A stretch of 64,000 bases of DNA from positions 2,123-66,122 of the forward strand of contig CAYYTT010000006.1 of the NCBI GenBank assembly GCA_964474635.1. Direction: 5' to 3'. The notes under the pieces are model-generated. The model saw nothing but the letters and a program-made list of their open reading frames with translations. It searched no databases and was not told the DNA's origin. Shown in pieces: positions 19,275 through 27,463 of this stretch (the stretch's first letter is position 1; each line of letters opens with the position of its first letter). The DNA comes from an uncultured Alphaproteobacteria bacterium. GTDB taxonomy: Bacteria; Pseudomonadota; Alphaproteobacteria; JAJFIK01. The position numbers were made by a program, and so were the translations under genes.

Positions 19275-20141
19275 TTAAGCGGCGGGCGCCGCGCGCAAGC
19301 GTCGACCAAGGGCCTCAAAGTGGCACTGGAGCGCGGCCTCGGTCAGGGGCGCGATCTGCGGGAAGGCGGCATGGGTGGGCCCCATGTCGAGGACGAAACG
19401 ATCCTCGAGTCCCCGGTCCTGGACAAGCAATTTGCCGCCCCCGAAGCCCGCCATGACCCATTCGGCAATCCGGCCCACAGGAACGGCGAGGCCCGAGCCT
19501 GCATTGAAGACACCGCCCTCGCCCCTGCGCAGCGCAGCGGCCAGGAGGGCAGCCGCCCGGTCCAGGGGAATAAAGTCGCGCGGCTGCGCCGGGTCCATGT
19601 CATACAGGATCGTGCCCTCCCGTTTCAGACGGGTCAGGAGCATGGCAAGAAAAGTGCGCCGTCCCGGCTCGGGATACTCAAAGCCCGCCACATTCGAAAG
19701 TCGCAGCACGGTGAGCCGTTCGCCCAGAAGATCCCCAAGACGCCTTTCGGTCTCGCGCTTGTTGCGCCCATAGGTGTCCTGGCCGAGCGCCGGCCCCTCC
19801 ACGCGGGCCGGCTCGGTGTTGCCGGCCCCATAAACCTTGCGCGTGCTGAGCATGATAAAGCGAGCCGCCCCGTCCGTGGTTTGGGCGAGGCGCAGATCAA
19901 AATCGAGTTCCGGGTCATAGGGCTCGCGCTTCAAACGCGGATCGAAGGCGCAGGACACCACGACGTCGAAACCGCCTGTGGCCGCGACCTCAAGGGCCCG
20001 CCCATGGGGTACGGCCATGACCGTGAAGCCGGGTTCGTCCGCCCAGTGCATGCACAAGGACCGGGCGATGAAGCTGGAGGCTCCAGCCAGAAGGATCCGG
20101 TGCGCCGTAGACGGATGGATCTTTGTCACGACGCCGGCCAT
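19275..20141 (-). CDS. NAD-dependent epimerase/dehydratase (extended SDR)
   Basis: 288-aa ORF with N-terminal ILLAGASSFIARSL (Rossmann) and catalytic YGRNK (YxxxK). Confidence 0.8.
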   Translation of the reverse strand: MAGVVTKIHPSTAHRILLAGASSFIARSLCMHWADEPGFTVMAVPHGRALEVAATGGFDVVVSCAFDPRLKREPYDPELDFDLRLAQTTDGAARFIMLSTRKVYGAGNTEPARVEGPALGQDTYGRNKRETERRLGDLLGERLTVLRLSNVAGFEYPEPGRRTFLAMLLTRLKREGTILYDMDPAQPRDFIPLDRAAALLAAALRRGEGGVFNAGSGLAVPVGRIAEWVMAGFGGGKLLVQDRGLEDRFVLDMGPTHAAFPQIAPLTEAALQCHFEALGRRLRAAPAA

Positions 20142-20142
20142 G

Positions 20143-20760
20143 TCAGTCCGCGAAATAAAGGTAATTGAGGAGTATGAGCAGGAAGAACACAGCCAGAATG
20201 CCGAGCAACTCCATGCGGACGAACCGGGACTGGATCTGCCAGTCGCCCGTGTTGTCTCCCGGATTGTTCATGAGGCAATCCCAATAGAAATATCCAAGCC
20301 ACACCAGGGACAGCGCCAGCCCAAGGACATCCGGCATCACCAGGGCGATCAGGACCACGGGACAGAAGATCAGCACCAAGCCGGCCAAAAGGCCTTCACG
20401 CCACAAGGACCAATAGCGCCTCTCGCTTCCCGCATTGCTTGCCGGTGAAGCCCGCGCCACGGCGAAGGTCAAGGTCAGGGCCAGGATGATGACGCTCATT
20501 TCCTCCGGGCTCACGGAAAACCAATAGATTTCAAGCCAGCCGAAAAAGACATCACGCACAAGGGTGACAAAGCGCTCGAACGCCTCGAACCAGGTCTTCA
20601 GCTTGCCGTACAGCTCCACCGGAGACAGGGTTTCGGCAAGATCGAGCAGGGACAGGCCGCCCAGCACATAACCGATCAGCGACAAGACATTAGGCCCGTG
20701 CGGTGGCGGCGGCGTATGGTTCGCGTCACCCTTCATCTTCTCCCCCCGCCCCAAGCGCAC
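20143..20760 (-). CDS. integral membrane protein, unknown function
   Basis: 205-aa ORF whose stop lies 1 nt from the epimerase start. Several hydrophobic helices (VLSLIGYVLGGLSLL, VIILALTLTFAV, LLAGLVLIFCPVVLIALV, LGILAVFFLLILL). It is visibly AT-richer than its neighbours. An alternative start gives MKGDA at about 20736. Confidence 0.6.
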   Translation of the reverse strand: MRLGRGEKMKGDANHTPPPPHGPNVLSLIGYVLGGLSLLDLAETLSPVELYGKLKTWFEAFERFVTLVRDVFFGWLEIYWFSVSPEEMSVIILALTLTFAVARASPASNAGSERRYWSLWREGLLAGLVLIFCPVVLIALVMPDVLGLALSLVWLGYFYWDCLMNNPGDNTGDWQIQSRFVRMELLGILAVFFLLILLNYLYFAD

Positions 20761-20793
20761 CGGCTCTCCCCGCTCAAGCCAACACCCAATTCT

Positions 20794-21963
20794 TCACACA
20801 ATGGCTTTCAGATGGTCGATCAGGCGGGCCACATCCTCCGCCTCGTGATAAAGGCCAAAGCCCAGGCGCAGCCTGTCATTGCGATAATCCGTGATGACGT
20901 TGCGCGCACCGAGGGCGCCGAACAGGGTCTCGGCCTCAGGCGTCTCGAAGGTCACAAAGCGGCCGCAGCGCCCCGTGTCCGGCTCCACCAGGAGACCGGA
21001 GCGGCGCAGCGCCCCTATGCCCTCGCCGAGCTGCGCCAGGAAAGCGGTCTGGAGCGTTTGAACATGGGCGCTGATCCCGCCGGTCGTCAGGCCCTCACGC
21101 TCCAGCCAGTCCATGACCGCACGCAGACGATAAAGGCCTGACGGGTCATAGGTTGCACCATCGAAACGGGCCGCATCCTCCGCATAGGGCACACGGCCGC
21201 CTTGCGTGCCGCTGAGGGCCGAGAAGGCCGCATACCAGCCGGTCATCCGGGGCCGCGCACCATAGCCGGGCGGCGCATGGAGGAAGCAGACCCCCTCACC
21301 CGCCATGGCGTATTTGTAACCGCCGGAGAGGTAAAAGGCCCGCGCTTGGAGGGATGAGAAATCAACCGGCCGGGCCATGAAACTGTGATAGCCGTCGATC
21401 ACCAGATAGGTGCTGGCATCTGGAATGGCTCCGGCAATCTCGCCAAGCTCCGCATCCGTCAGGCTGTAGCCGGAGTTGAAAAAGACATGGCTCAGATAGA
21501 CAAGGTCGAACCGCTGCTCGCGTGCCAAGGCCTCGATGATCCGATCCTTGACGGTCTCGAAGGGCTGTGCCGGCACGCGGGTCACCTCCAGGAGGCCATC
21601 CTCTTCCAGGCGAGCACATTGGCGGGCGAAACTGTGGAACTCGGCATCCGTGGTCAGAACGCGTAAGGGCGGCGGACCGTCCAGGCAGGACAGGATCGCG
21701 CACACCAGACCATGTGTATTGGGCGCAAAGGTCACCGTGGCCGGATCGGAAAGGCCGATTTCCCGCGCGACGTGACGGGCCACCGCCGGTTTGACCGTCC
21801 CCAGAATATGCTCCCATTTGCGGTCGAGCAGGCGCGCCGAATCCTGCCAATAGGCTCCGTGGGCTGCAAAACTGACATCCGGCCAGGGATGGTGACTGTG
21901 GGCGGCGACATGGAACGGCGCATCGGGCCGCCCGAGGGCCATGGAAAAGGCATCCCGCATCAT
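20794..21963 (-). CDS. kynU: kynureninase-like PLP-dependent enzyme (aminotransferase class V fold)
   Basis: 389-aa ORF. The PLP-lysine region SGGYKYAMAGEGVCFLH resembles the kynureninase xxYKYLNxGPG motif. It has an ATGA overlap with the TDO gene upstream. Confidence 0.65.
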   Translation of the reverse strand: MMRDAFSMALGRPDAPFHVAAHSHHPWPDVSFAAHGAYWQDSARLLDRKWEHILGTVKPAVARHVAREIGLSDPATVTFAPNTHGLVCAILSCLDGPPPLRVLTTDAEFHSFARQCARLEEDGLLEVTRVPAQPFETVKDRIIEALAREQRFDLVYLSHVFFNSGYSLTDAELGEIAGAIPDASTYLVIDGYHSFMARPVDFSSLQARAFYLSGGYKYAMAGEGVCFLHAPPGYGARPRMTGWYAAFSALSGTQGGRVPYAEDAARFDGATYDPSGLYRLRAVMDWLEREGLTTGGISAHVQTLQTAFLAQLGEGIGALRRSGLLVEPDTGRCGRFVTFETPEAETLFGALGARNVITDYRNDRLRLGFGLYHEAEDVARLIDHLKAIV

Positions 21964-23066
21964 GACCGGCTCCGCGTGCGGTAGGCATAATGCATGTCGC
22001 CGCGCAGCGCCTCCGGCAGGTCGGGGCGCCGGGACCGGGGAATGAGGAAGGTGGCAATTGCGAAGAGATCGGCGAAGATCCGATGGTCCTGGGCGGTGCG
22101 CCGCAGATACTCCTGCCCCGAGGACCCGCCTGTGCCGGTCCGGTGCCCGATCATCCGCGCTGCCATCATGGCGTGCCGGTAGCGCCAGGTCGCCATGGCC
22201 TCGTCAATATCCATTAAGGTGGAGAGCACCTTGAAGGGCACCTGCAGGATCGGTTCATCCCGGTACAGATTGATGAAAAGGGCAGCCTGGAGCGCCTTGC
22301 GCGACAGGCGCCAGCCGTCACCCGTGTCGTCCGGCGCGCCGGCGTCGTCCTCAGGGCCGGCATCGTCCTCCGGAGCGGCGATGGCGCTCAAGGCCGCGCG
22401 GGACCGGGCGATGGAGGCCATCTGACGGTCCCGTTCCTCCTCAGTCAGCGTATCATTGGCGCTGACGGCGTCGCGTTCCTCCGACAGCATGGCATCGAGC
22501 GCGCTCCCATAAGCGCGATGGAAGGCGTAGTCCCGATCGGCAAGGAAGGGGGTGCGCGACAGCCACCGGTCGATCAGGACCCGCAGCGACGGCCGTGCCT
22601 CGTCCTCGGCCAGGGTCTCCCGCTCCTGCGCCGTCAGATCGGTGTCGAACCCGCCGGCCTTGAAGGTCAAACGCTCCTCGCGCGTCAGACCAAGCCGGAC
22701 CTCGATGCGCCGGAATTGCCCGCTCTGAAAACCCGACGCCGGCACAAGCAGGTGGCGAAACTCAAGGAAATCCATGGGCGTCATGGTCTCCAGCACATCC
22801 ACCTGCTGGATCAGCAGATCGAGAATGCTCCGCACCCGGTCAAGGGCATGGTGAGCACGCGCCAGATGGGCTTCATCCATCACGGGATCGGCGAAGACGG
22901 CTTCCACAAGGGACAATTCGTGGAGGATCTGCTTGAACCACAGTTCGTAGGTCTGGTGGACGATGATGAACAGCATCTCGTCATGGGCGCCCTGCCCGCC
23001 GCGCCCGCTCGCCGGCTCCTGGAGCGAAGTCAGGGCTGGCACTTTCAGATAATCGGCATAGTTCAT
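21960..23066 (-). CDS. kynA: tryptophan 2,3-dioxygenase
   Basis: The N-terminus MNYADYLKVPALTSLQEP...HDEMLFIIVHQTYELWFKQILHEL is the canonical TDO signature. The C-terminal RTGTGGSSGQEYL matches the heme-side motif. Confidence 0.9.
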   Translation of the reverse strand: MNYADYLKVPALTSLQEPASGRGGQGAHDEMLFIIVHQTYELWFKQILHELSLVEAVFADPVMDEAHLARAHHALDRVRSILDLLIQQVDVLETMTPMDFLEFRHLLVPASGFQSGQFRRIEVRLGLTREERLTFKAGGFDTDLTAQERETLAEDEARPSLRVLIDRWLSRTPFLADRDYAFHRAYGSALDAMLSEERDAVSANDTLTEEERDRQMASIARSRAALSAIAAPEDDAGPEDDAGAPDDTGDGWRLSRKALQAALFINLYRDEPILQVPFKVLSTLMDIDEAMATWRYRHAMMAARMIGHRTGTGGSSGQEYLRRTAQDHRIFADLFAIATFLIPRSRRPDLPEALRGDMHYAYRTRSRS

Positions 23067-23115
23067 GGGCGGCTCCTGTCCTGGGCGCTCTGGATCGTTC
23101 CCACCCCCCGTGCGT

Positions 23116-24240
23116 TCAGGTCAAATCACGGACCAGCCGAAACCCGACGCTGCCGAATTGGGCGAATGTGGCGCGTGTGCGGCGGTAGGCGACATTGAGG
23201 CGGCGGGCGTCCGTGTTCCAGGCCCCGCCGCGCAAGGGCGCGCGTTCTTGTTTTTGCTTCGCATCTTGATTGAGAGTGGCGGCGTCGCACCATTCCCAGA
23301 CATTGCCGAGCATGTCATAAAGGCCCCAGGCATTGGGCCGCTTCTGGCCGACGATCCGTGTGCCCGCTTCCGTGTGGGGATGGTGTTTGTCTTCCCATTG
23401 GGAACTGTCATAGCCCTTGCCGCGCGGTTCGAAATCGACCCCGCTATTGCCGCCATACCAGGCGATCTCGTCCAGCACGGGCGCGGTGTTGCGCCCTTCG
23501 ATGATCAGGGCACCGTCATAGGTTGCGGTGAATGAGCCAGCGCGGGCGGCATATTCCCACTCTTCTTCCCGGGGCAGACGGTAGGCGGCGCGCGCCCGAT
23601 CACTCGCCCACGCGGCATAAGCCTCGGCGTCTTCATGGGAGACATTGATGGCCGGCCGCTCACCCCGCCCCCAACCGCGGTCCTTCGCGAAGGGCCGCTT
23701 TGTGTCTTCACAGAACTGATCATATTCAGCGAAGGTGACCGGGAACCGCCCGATCGCGAACCGGGCGACCTCGACCTCCCTTTGCGCCTCCTCGTTATCG
23801 TGCTCCGTGGGTTCCTCCGGCGAGGCGCCGTAGACAAAGCGTCCGCCACCCAAGACGACCATCTCCGGCAAATGGGGCGCGTCGCGAAAGGTATCCCCTG
23901 TGTCCATGTCGACGGGTGTCAGCTCCACATCACCGAAGCGCGCACCCGTCAGGATGGCGCCGGAGAAACACGCCCCGCGCACCATGGCGGGTGTGAACAC
24001 GGTGCCACTGAGATTACAGCCCGACAGATCCGCCCCCCGCAGGTCGAAGCCCGTGAGATCAAGACCCGACAGGTCGAGCCGGGTGAGATCCGCCCCGAGA
24101 AAATCGCGGCCCGGATCAAGATGGGCGGCGCGGGTCAGGGTCACAAAATCCAGGCCCGGCGCGGCCTTGAGGGCGTCAAGGCGCTTGAGCGTTTGGGGCG
24201 CGGCCTCGTCCGCTTGAATTTTCTGGGTCGGCTGGCTCAT
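23116..24240 (-). CDS. pentapeptide-repeat + FGE/SUMF1-fold domain protein (non-canonical: lacks the FGE catalytic Cys pair)
   Basis: Start trimmed to MSQPTQK (ATG at 24240), which overlaps the upstream stop as ATGA. Pentapeptide run is ADLTRLDLSGLDLTGFDLRGADLSGCNLSG. FGE-fold signatures are RLPREEEWEYAARAG, WGLYDMLGNVWEWC and LRGGAWN. Confidence 0.8.
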   Translation of the reverse strand: MSQPTQKIQADEAAPQTLKRLDALKAAPGLDFVTLTRAAHLDPGRDFLGADLTRLDLSGLDLTGFDLRGADLSGCNLSGTVFTPAMVRGACFSGAILTGARFGDVELTPVDMDTGDTFRDAPHLPEMVVLGGGRFVYGASPEEPTEHDNEEAQREVEVARFAIGRFPVTFAEYDQFCEDTKRPFAKDRGWGRGERPAINVSHEDAEAYAAWASDRARAAYRLPREEEWEYAARAGSFTATYDGALIIEGRNTAPVLDEIAWYGGNSGVDFEPRGKGYDSSQWEDKHHPHTEAGTRIVGQKRPNAWGLYDMLGNVWEWCDAATLNQDAKQKQERAPLRGGAWNTDARRLNVAYRRTRATFAQFGSVGFRLVRDLT

Positions 24241-25079
24241 GGGCTGGCCGTCAGGCCTGCGCCGCGCGGCGGGATGAAGCGCTGCGGCTGCGCCAGATCC
24301 TTGGCGCAGCTGAGAAGGATCAGCGCGAGATTTTCCCTGGGATCGCGGAACCAGGCCCGTTCCAGCTTGCGTTTGCCGAACAAGGCGCCCAGCACGCCCT
24401 TGAGGCGGCTGCGCTCCCAATCCACGTCGCTGAGCCGGATCTTGGGATGGACAAAGACCCTCACGGACGCGCCCTTGCCGTCCTCGCTGCCCGGATCGCC
24501 ATGCACAGTGGCCAGTCGTCCGTGCCCGTCCTCGTCGTCGAGCACATCGCCGATGAGCGGCTCTCCAGCCATGGGGCTGCGGATCAGGAACTGGGCACGG
24601 CCATCCGGATCGATGCCAAGGCACACCACCACGGGCTGTTTGACCGTGGCCGTGTCGGTCAGAACCCCGCCGCTGCTGTGCTTGTTCTGGGTAGCCCGGT
24701 CCGCATCAAGGCCTCCAGCGCCGCTTGCCGTACTGGGTTTGAGGGAAATGCCGAGCTTGGCCTTGGTGCTGACGGTGCTCTCGGAGCGTTCGTCCGTGGT
24801 GCCCACATAATCGCGGCTCGCGGGGCCGTAGAGGCTTTCCGAATAGCCAAGCTCACGCTGGAGCATGTGGCAGCACGTGGGCACGATCTCAAGGCGCGCC
24901 TGGGCCAGCCGATAGACGATGGTGCCATCGTCGGTCTCCAGTACCGGTGTTTTACCGAGGAACTTGAGATCGCCGTGCAATTCGAAGCGCCAGCCTTGCG
25001 CCGAGGAGGCGAATTGGCGTCCGTCGAATTCCCCGTTCGCGTAATGCCGGTCCGTCATGGGCCTCGTCCTGACCGTCAC
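24237..25079 (-). CDS. hypothetical protein, no recognisable domain
   Basis: 280-aa ORF (GTG at 25079, or ATG at 25058 preceded by AGGA). It is translationally coupled (ATGA) to the pentapeptide/FGE-like gene. The central segment is Ser/Thr/Gly-rich. Confidence 0.55.
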   Translation of the reverse strand: MTVRTRPMTDRHYANGEFDGRQFASSAQGWRFELHGDLKFLGKTPVLETDDGTIVYRLAQARLEIVPTCCHMLQRELGYSESLYGPASRDYVGTTDERSESTVSTKAKLGISLKPSTASGAGGLDADRATQNKHSSGGVLTDTATVKQPVVVCLGIDPDGRAQFLIRSPMAGEPLIGDVLDDEDGHGRLATVHGDPGSEDGKGASVRVFVHPKIRLSDVDWERSRLKGVLGALFGKRKLERAWFRDPRENLALILLSCAKDLAQPQRFIPPRGAGLTASP

Positions 25080-25149
25080 ACATCCTTCGGGAGAAGAGCT
25101 TAACGGCGCGGGCCCACCCTGCCCAGGTCCCCAAAAGAGAGGCGGCCCA

Positions 25150-25686
25150 TCAGGGCGCCTTTACGGCCATGGGCAAGCCCGCGACCATGAAATCCACATG
25201 GCTGGCGACGGCGGCGACCTGCTGATTGATCCGGCCCTGCGCGTCCCGAAAGGTCCGGCCCAGCGCGGTGTCGGGCACAAGCCCAAGGCCGACCTCGTTG
25301 GAGACGCATAAAACCGGTCCTGATCCTGCCGCCCGGCCCGCCTTAAGGACCGCGACCAGATCGGCGCCCGCCGCCGCGGGATCCTGGCCCGCGAGAAGGA
25401 TATTGCTGAGCCAGAGGGTCAGGCAGTCGACGAGCACGACCCGTTGGGCCCGCGCTTCCCGGCGCAGGGCACCGGCCAGGTCCAGGGGTTCTTCCACCGT
25501 GCGCCAGCGCGGATCCCGGCCATCCCGATGGCGGGCGATCCGCTCGGCCATTTCGCCATCAAGGGCCTGCGCCGTTGCCACGTAAATGTAGGCATCGGCC
25601 GCGTAAGACAATCCGAGCGTCTCGCCCCGGGTGCTTTTGCCGGACCGGGCACCGCCCAGGATCAGATGGACCGGCGCGCCGCTCAT
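25150..25686 (-). CDS. cobU: adenosylcobinamide kinase / adenosylcobinamide-phosphate guanylyltransferase
   Basis: Start trimmed to MSGAPVHLILGGARSGKS (P-loop). The downstream YVATAQALDGEMAERIARHR...VLVDCLTLWLSN is typical CobU/CobP. Confidence 0.9.
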   Translation of the reverse strand: MSGAPVHLILGGARSGKSTRGETLGLSYAADAYIYVATAQALDGEMAERIARHRDGRDPRWRTVEEPLDLAGALRREARAQRVVLVDCLTLWLSNILLAGQDPAAAGADLVAVLKAGRAAGSGPVLCVSNEVGLGLVPDTALGRTFRDAQGRINQQVAAVASHVDFMVAGLPMAVKAP

Positions 25687-25868
25687 GACCCGGCGACCAC
25701 GGCGAGGATAACGGCGCCGAGGACCAGCCCCGCCAGCAGACCCGCCAGGGCCAGCGCGCCGGCGCGAGAGCCGCCGCGGGGCGAGCGCGGCATGCGGGAG
25801 GCGCGCCACCAGTGACGCTCCCCCCCGGCGCCCGTATCGCCGCTGTCGCCGGGCTGCGCGCCCATCAC
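25683..25868 (-). CDS. possible small tail-anchored membrane protein (61 aa)
   Basis: The ORF is bracketed by overlaps at both ends. Its start region overlaps the upstream hydrolase stop, and its stop overlaps the cobU ATG as ATGA. It has a C-terminal hydrophobic helix, ALALAGLLAGLVLGAVILAVVAG. There is no homology evidence. Confidence 0.35.
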   Translation of the reverse strand: MMGAQPGDSGDTGAGGERHWWRASRMPRSPRGGSRAGALALAGLLAGLVLGAVILAVVAGS

Positions 25869-27154
25869 GGCGCCCCTATGGGCGCGTCCTGGAGCAGGAA
25901 GGCGGCAAGGATGTCCCTGTGAAGCGAGGCGAAGGCGTGGAAGTCACGGGTGCGCGCATTCATCGCCAGAGCAACCGCGATCCCGTGGTCCGGGGCCACC
26001 ATCAACCAGGTTTGGCTGCCCTTGGAGATGCCCCCGTGATTGGCATGGCGCACCCGGCCCACGCCGGGCACGGACATGCCCTGAATGCGCCAGCCCAGCG
26101 CATAGTTCTGGCGATTGGTCTTGCCGCTGGGCAAGGGCGCCGGCGTCCAGAAAGCATCCCGTGTTTGCGGCCTAATAAAGTCAGGGTCGAGCCATGCCGC
26201 GCCGAGCCGCGCCAAGTCGGACGGTGTGGAGGCAAAGCCGCCGCCGGCCCGGATCTGGCTCAAATTCACCGGACGCCAGGCCCGGAAACTGTCCGGACGG
26301 CTCGCCCCGTCGGGATTGCGGCCCAGGGGCCAGCGTTGGTAGGACACAGCGGCGGCCTTTGAAAGCCTGATCTCGCCGTCCGCGCCGGTTGAAAACAGGC
26401 GTAAGGGATCAAAAACGCGGTCTTTCATAAGGGCCATAAACGGATTGCCGGCGGCGTCGACCATGGCGGCGCTCAGCAACGTGGTGCCAAAGCTCGTGTA
26501 ATGAAAATTCGTTCCCGGACGAAACAGCAGGGAAGAGCCGTCGAACACCGACAGGGCCTGTTCGGCCGTGAAATAGGTCCGGGTGAGCGCGAGACTGTGG
26601 TAAACGCCGAGCCAGTCGCCGTTCTCAGGATAGCTCGGCAGACCGGCCATGTGGGAGACAAGCTGGCGCGGGGTGATCGGCGCCCAGGTCCGGTTGGGCC
26701 AGCGCCGGCGTAAGCCGCCTAAGGGTTCGTCAAGTTCAATCACGCCCTCGTCGACCAGCCGCGCCAGCCCCGTGGCGGTGACGGCCTTTGACGTCGTGCC
26801 GATCCGGAACACCGTTCCAGGCGTTGCCCGCTTTCGCTGTTCAACATCGGCCCAACCGACGGCGGCGCTCCAGACAAGGGCGCCGTCCATGGCGACCGCC
26901 GCCGACAAGGCCGGCGCCTCAATGGCGGCGCGGCGGCGCTGCAAGGCCTCAAGGGCCAGCGCACCGGCGGTTTCGTATCGCGGCGCGTGGAGGGTTTGGG
27001 CGGCCGGCGCATTGCTCGGCAGGCGGAGCCATCCGCCAGGCCCGCGCAAGGCCGGCACATGCTCGCCCGTATACCCGATCAGGGGCCAAACCCACCAAAA
27101 GACAAAGCCGGCAACGGCAAGCGCGACCAACAGGCAAATCCGGCGCAGCAGCAT
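25865..27154 (-). CDS. beta-lactamase-fold hydrolase with N-terminal membrane anchor
   Basis: Start trimmed to MLLRRICLLVALAVAGFVFWWVW (ATG at 27154). The family region is VFRIGTTSKAVTATGLARLVDEG, with TTSK at the position of the SxxK motif. Confidence 0.75.
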   Translation of the reverse strand: MLLRRICLLVALAVAGFVFWWVWPLIGYTGEHVPALRGPGGWLRLPSNAPAAQTLHAPRYETAGALALEALQRRRAAIEAPALSAAVAMDGALVWSAAVGWADVEQRKRATPGTVFRIGTTSKAVTATGLARLVDEGVIELDEPLGGLRRRWPNRTWAPITPRQLVSHMAGLPSYPENGDWLGVYHSLALTRTYFTAEQALSVFDGSSLLFRPGTNFHYTSFGTTLLSAAMVDAAGNPFMALMKDRVFDPLRLFSTGADGEIRLSKAAAVSYQRWPLGRNPDGASRPDSFRAWRPVNLSQIRAGGGFASTPSDLARLGAAWLDPDFIRPQTRDAFWTPAPLPSGKTNRQNYALGWRIQGMSVPGVGRVRHANHGGISKGSQTWLMVAPDHGIAVALAMNARTRDFHAFASLHRDILAAFLLQDAPIGAP

Positions 27155-27463
27155 GGGGCCGTGCGCGGCTTCCCCATCCAAGGGGGGGCGCGGCGCGAAC
27201 GCAGCCGGCTCGGCATCCGGACCGCTCGGGCGTGCTGCCCGATGCCCTGGATACGCCAATGCGCCGACGCCTTCGGCAAGCGCCACTCCCTGGTCGCGAC
27301 GATCCTGTTGCACTGACCGGATACTCCCCACGGCCGACGGCCCGCCGGTCTCGCCCCGGCAAGGCTTTACGCATGGGGGCGCGTGGTCGCGGACGCGACC
27401 CTTCACCCCAACAGCCTCCATGCTACTCTGATTGCAAACATGTGTGGTGATGGAGGGAGCACG

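Noticed and set aside
24241-24624. N-terminal extension of the FGE-like ORF (the track's 502-aa version)
   Set aside because: The extension overlaps the upstream 280-aa ORF in another frame and is Arg/Pro/Gly-rich. The ATGA-coupled internal start gives a clean domain boundary.
25080-25149. Possible cobalamin riboswitch near cobU
   Set aside because: I see no B12-box-like sequence. The region lies downstream of cobU, not in a 5' leader.
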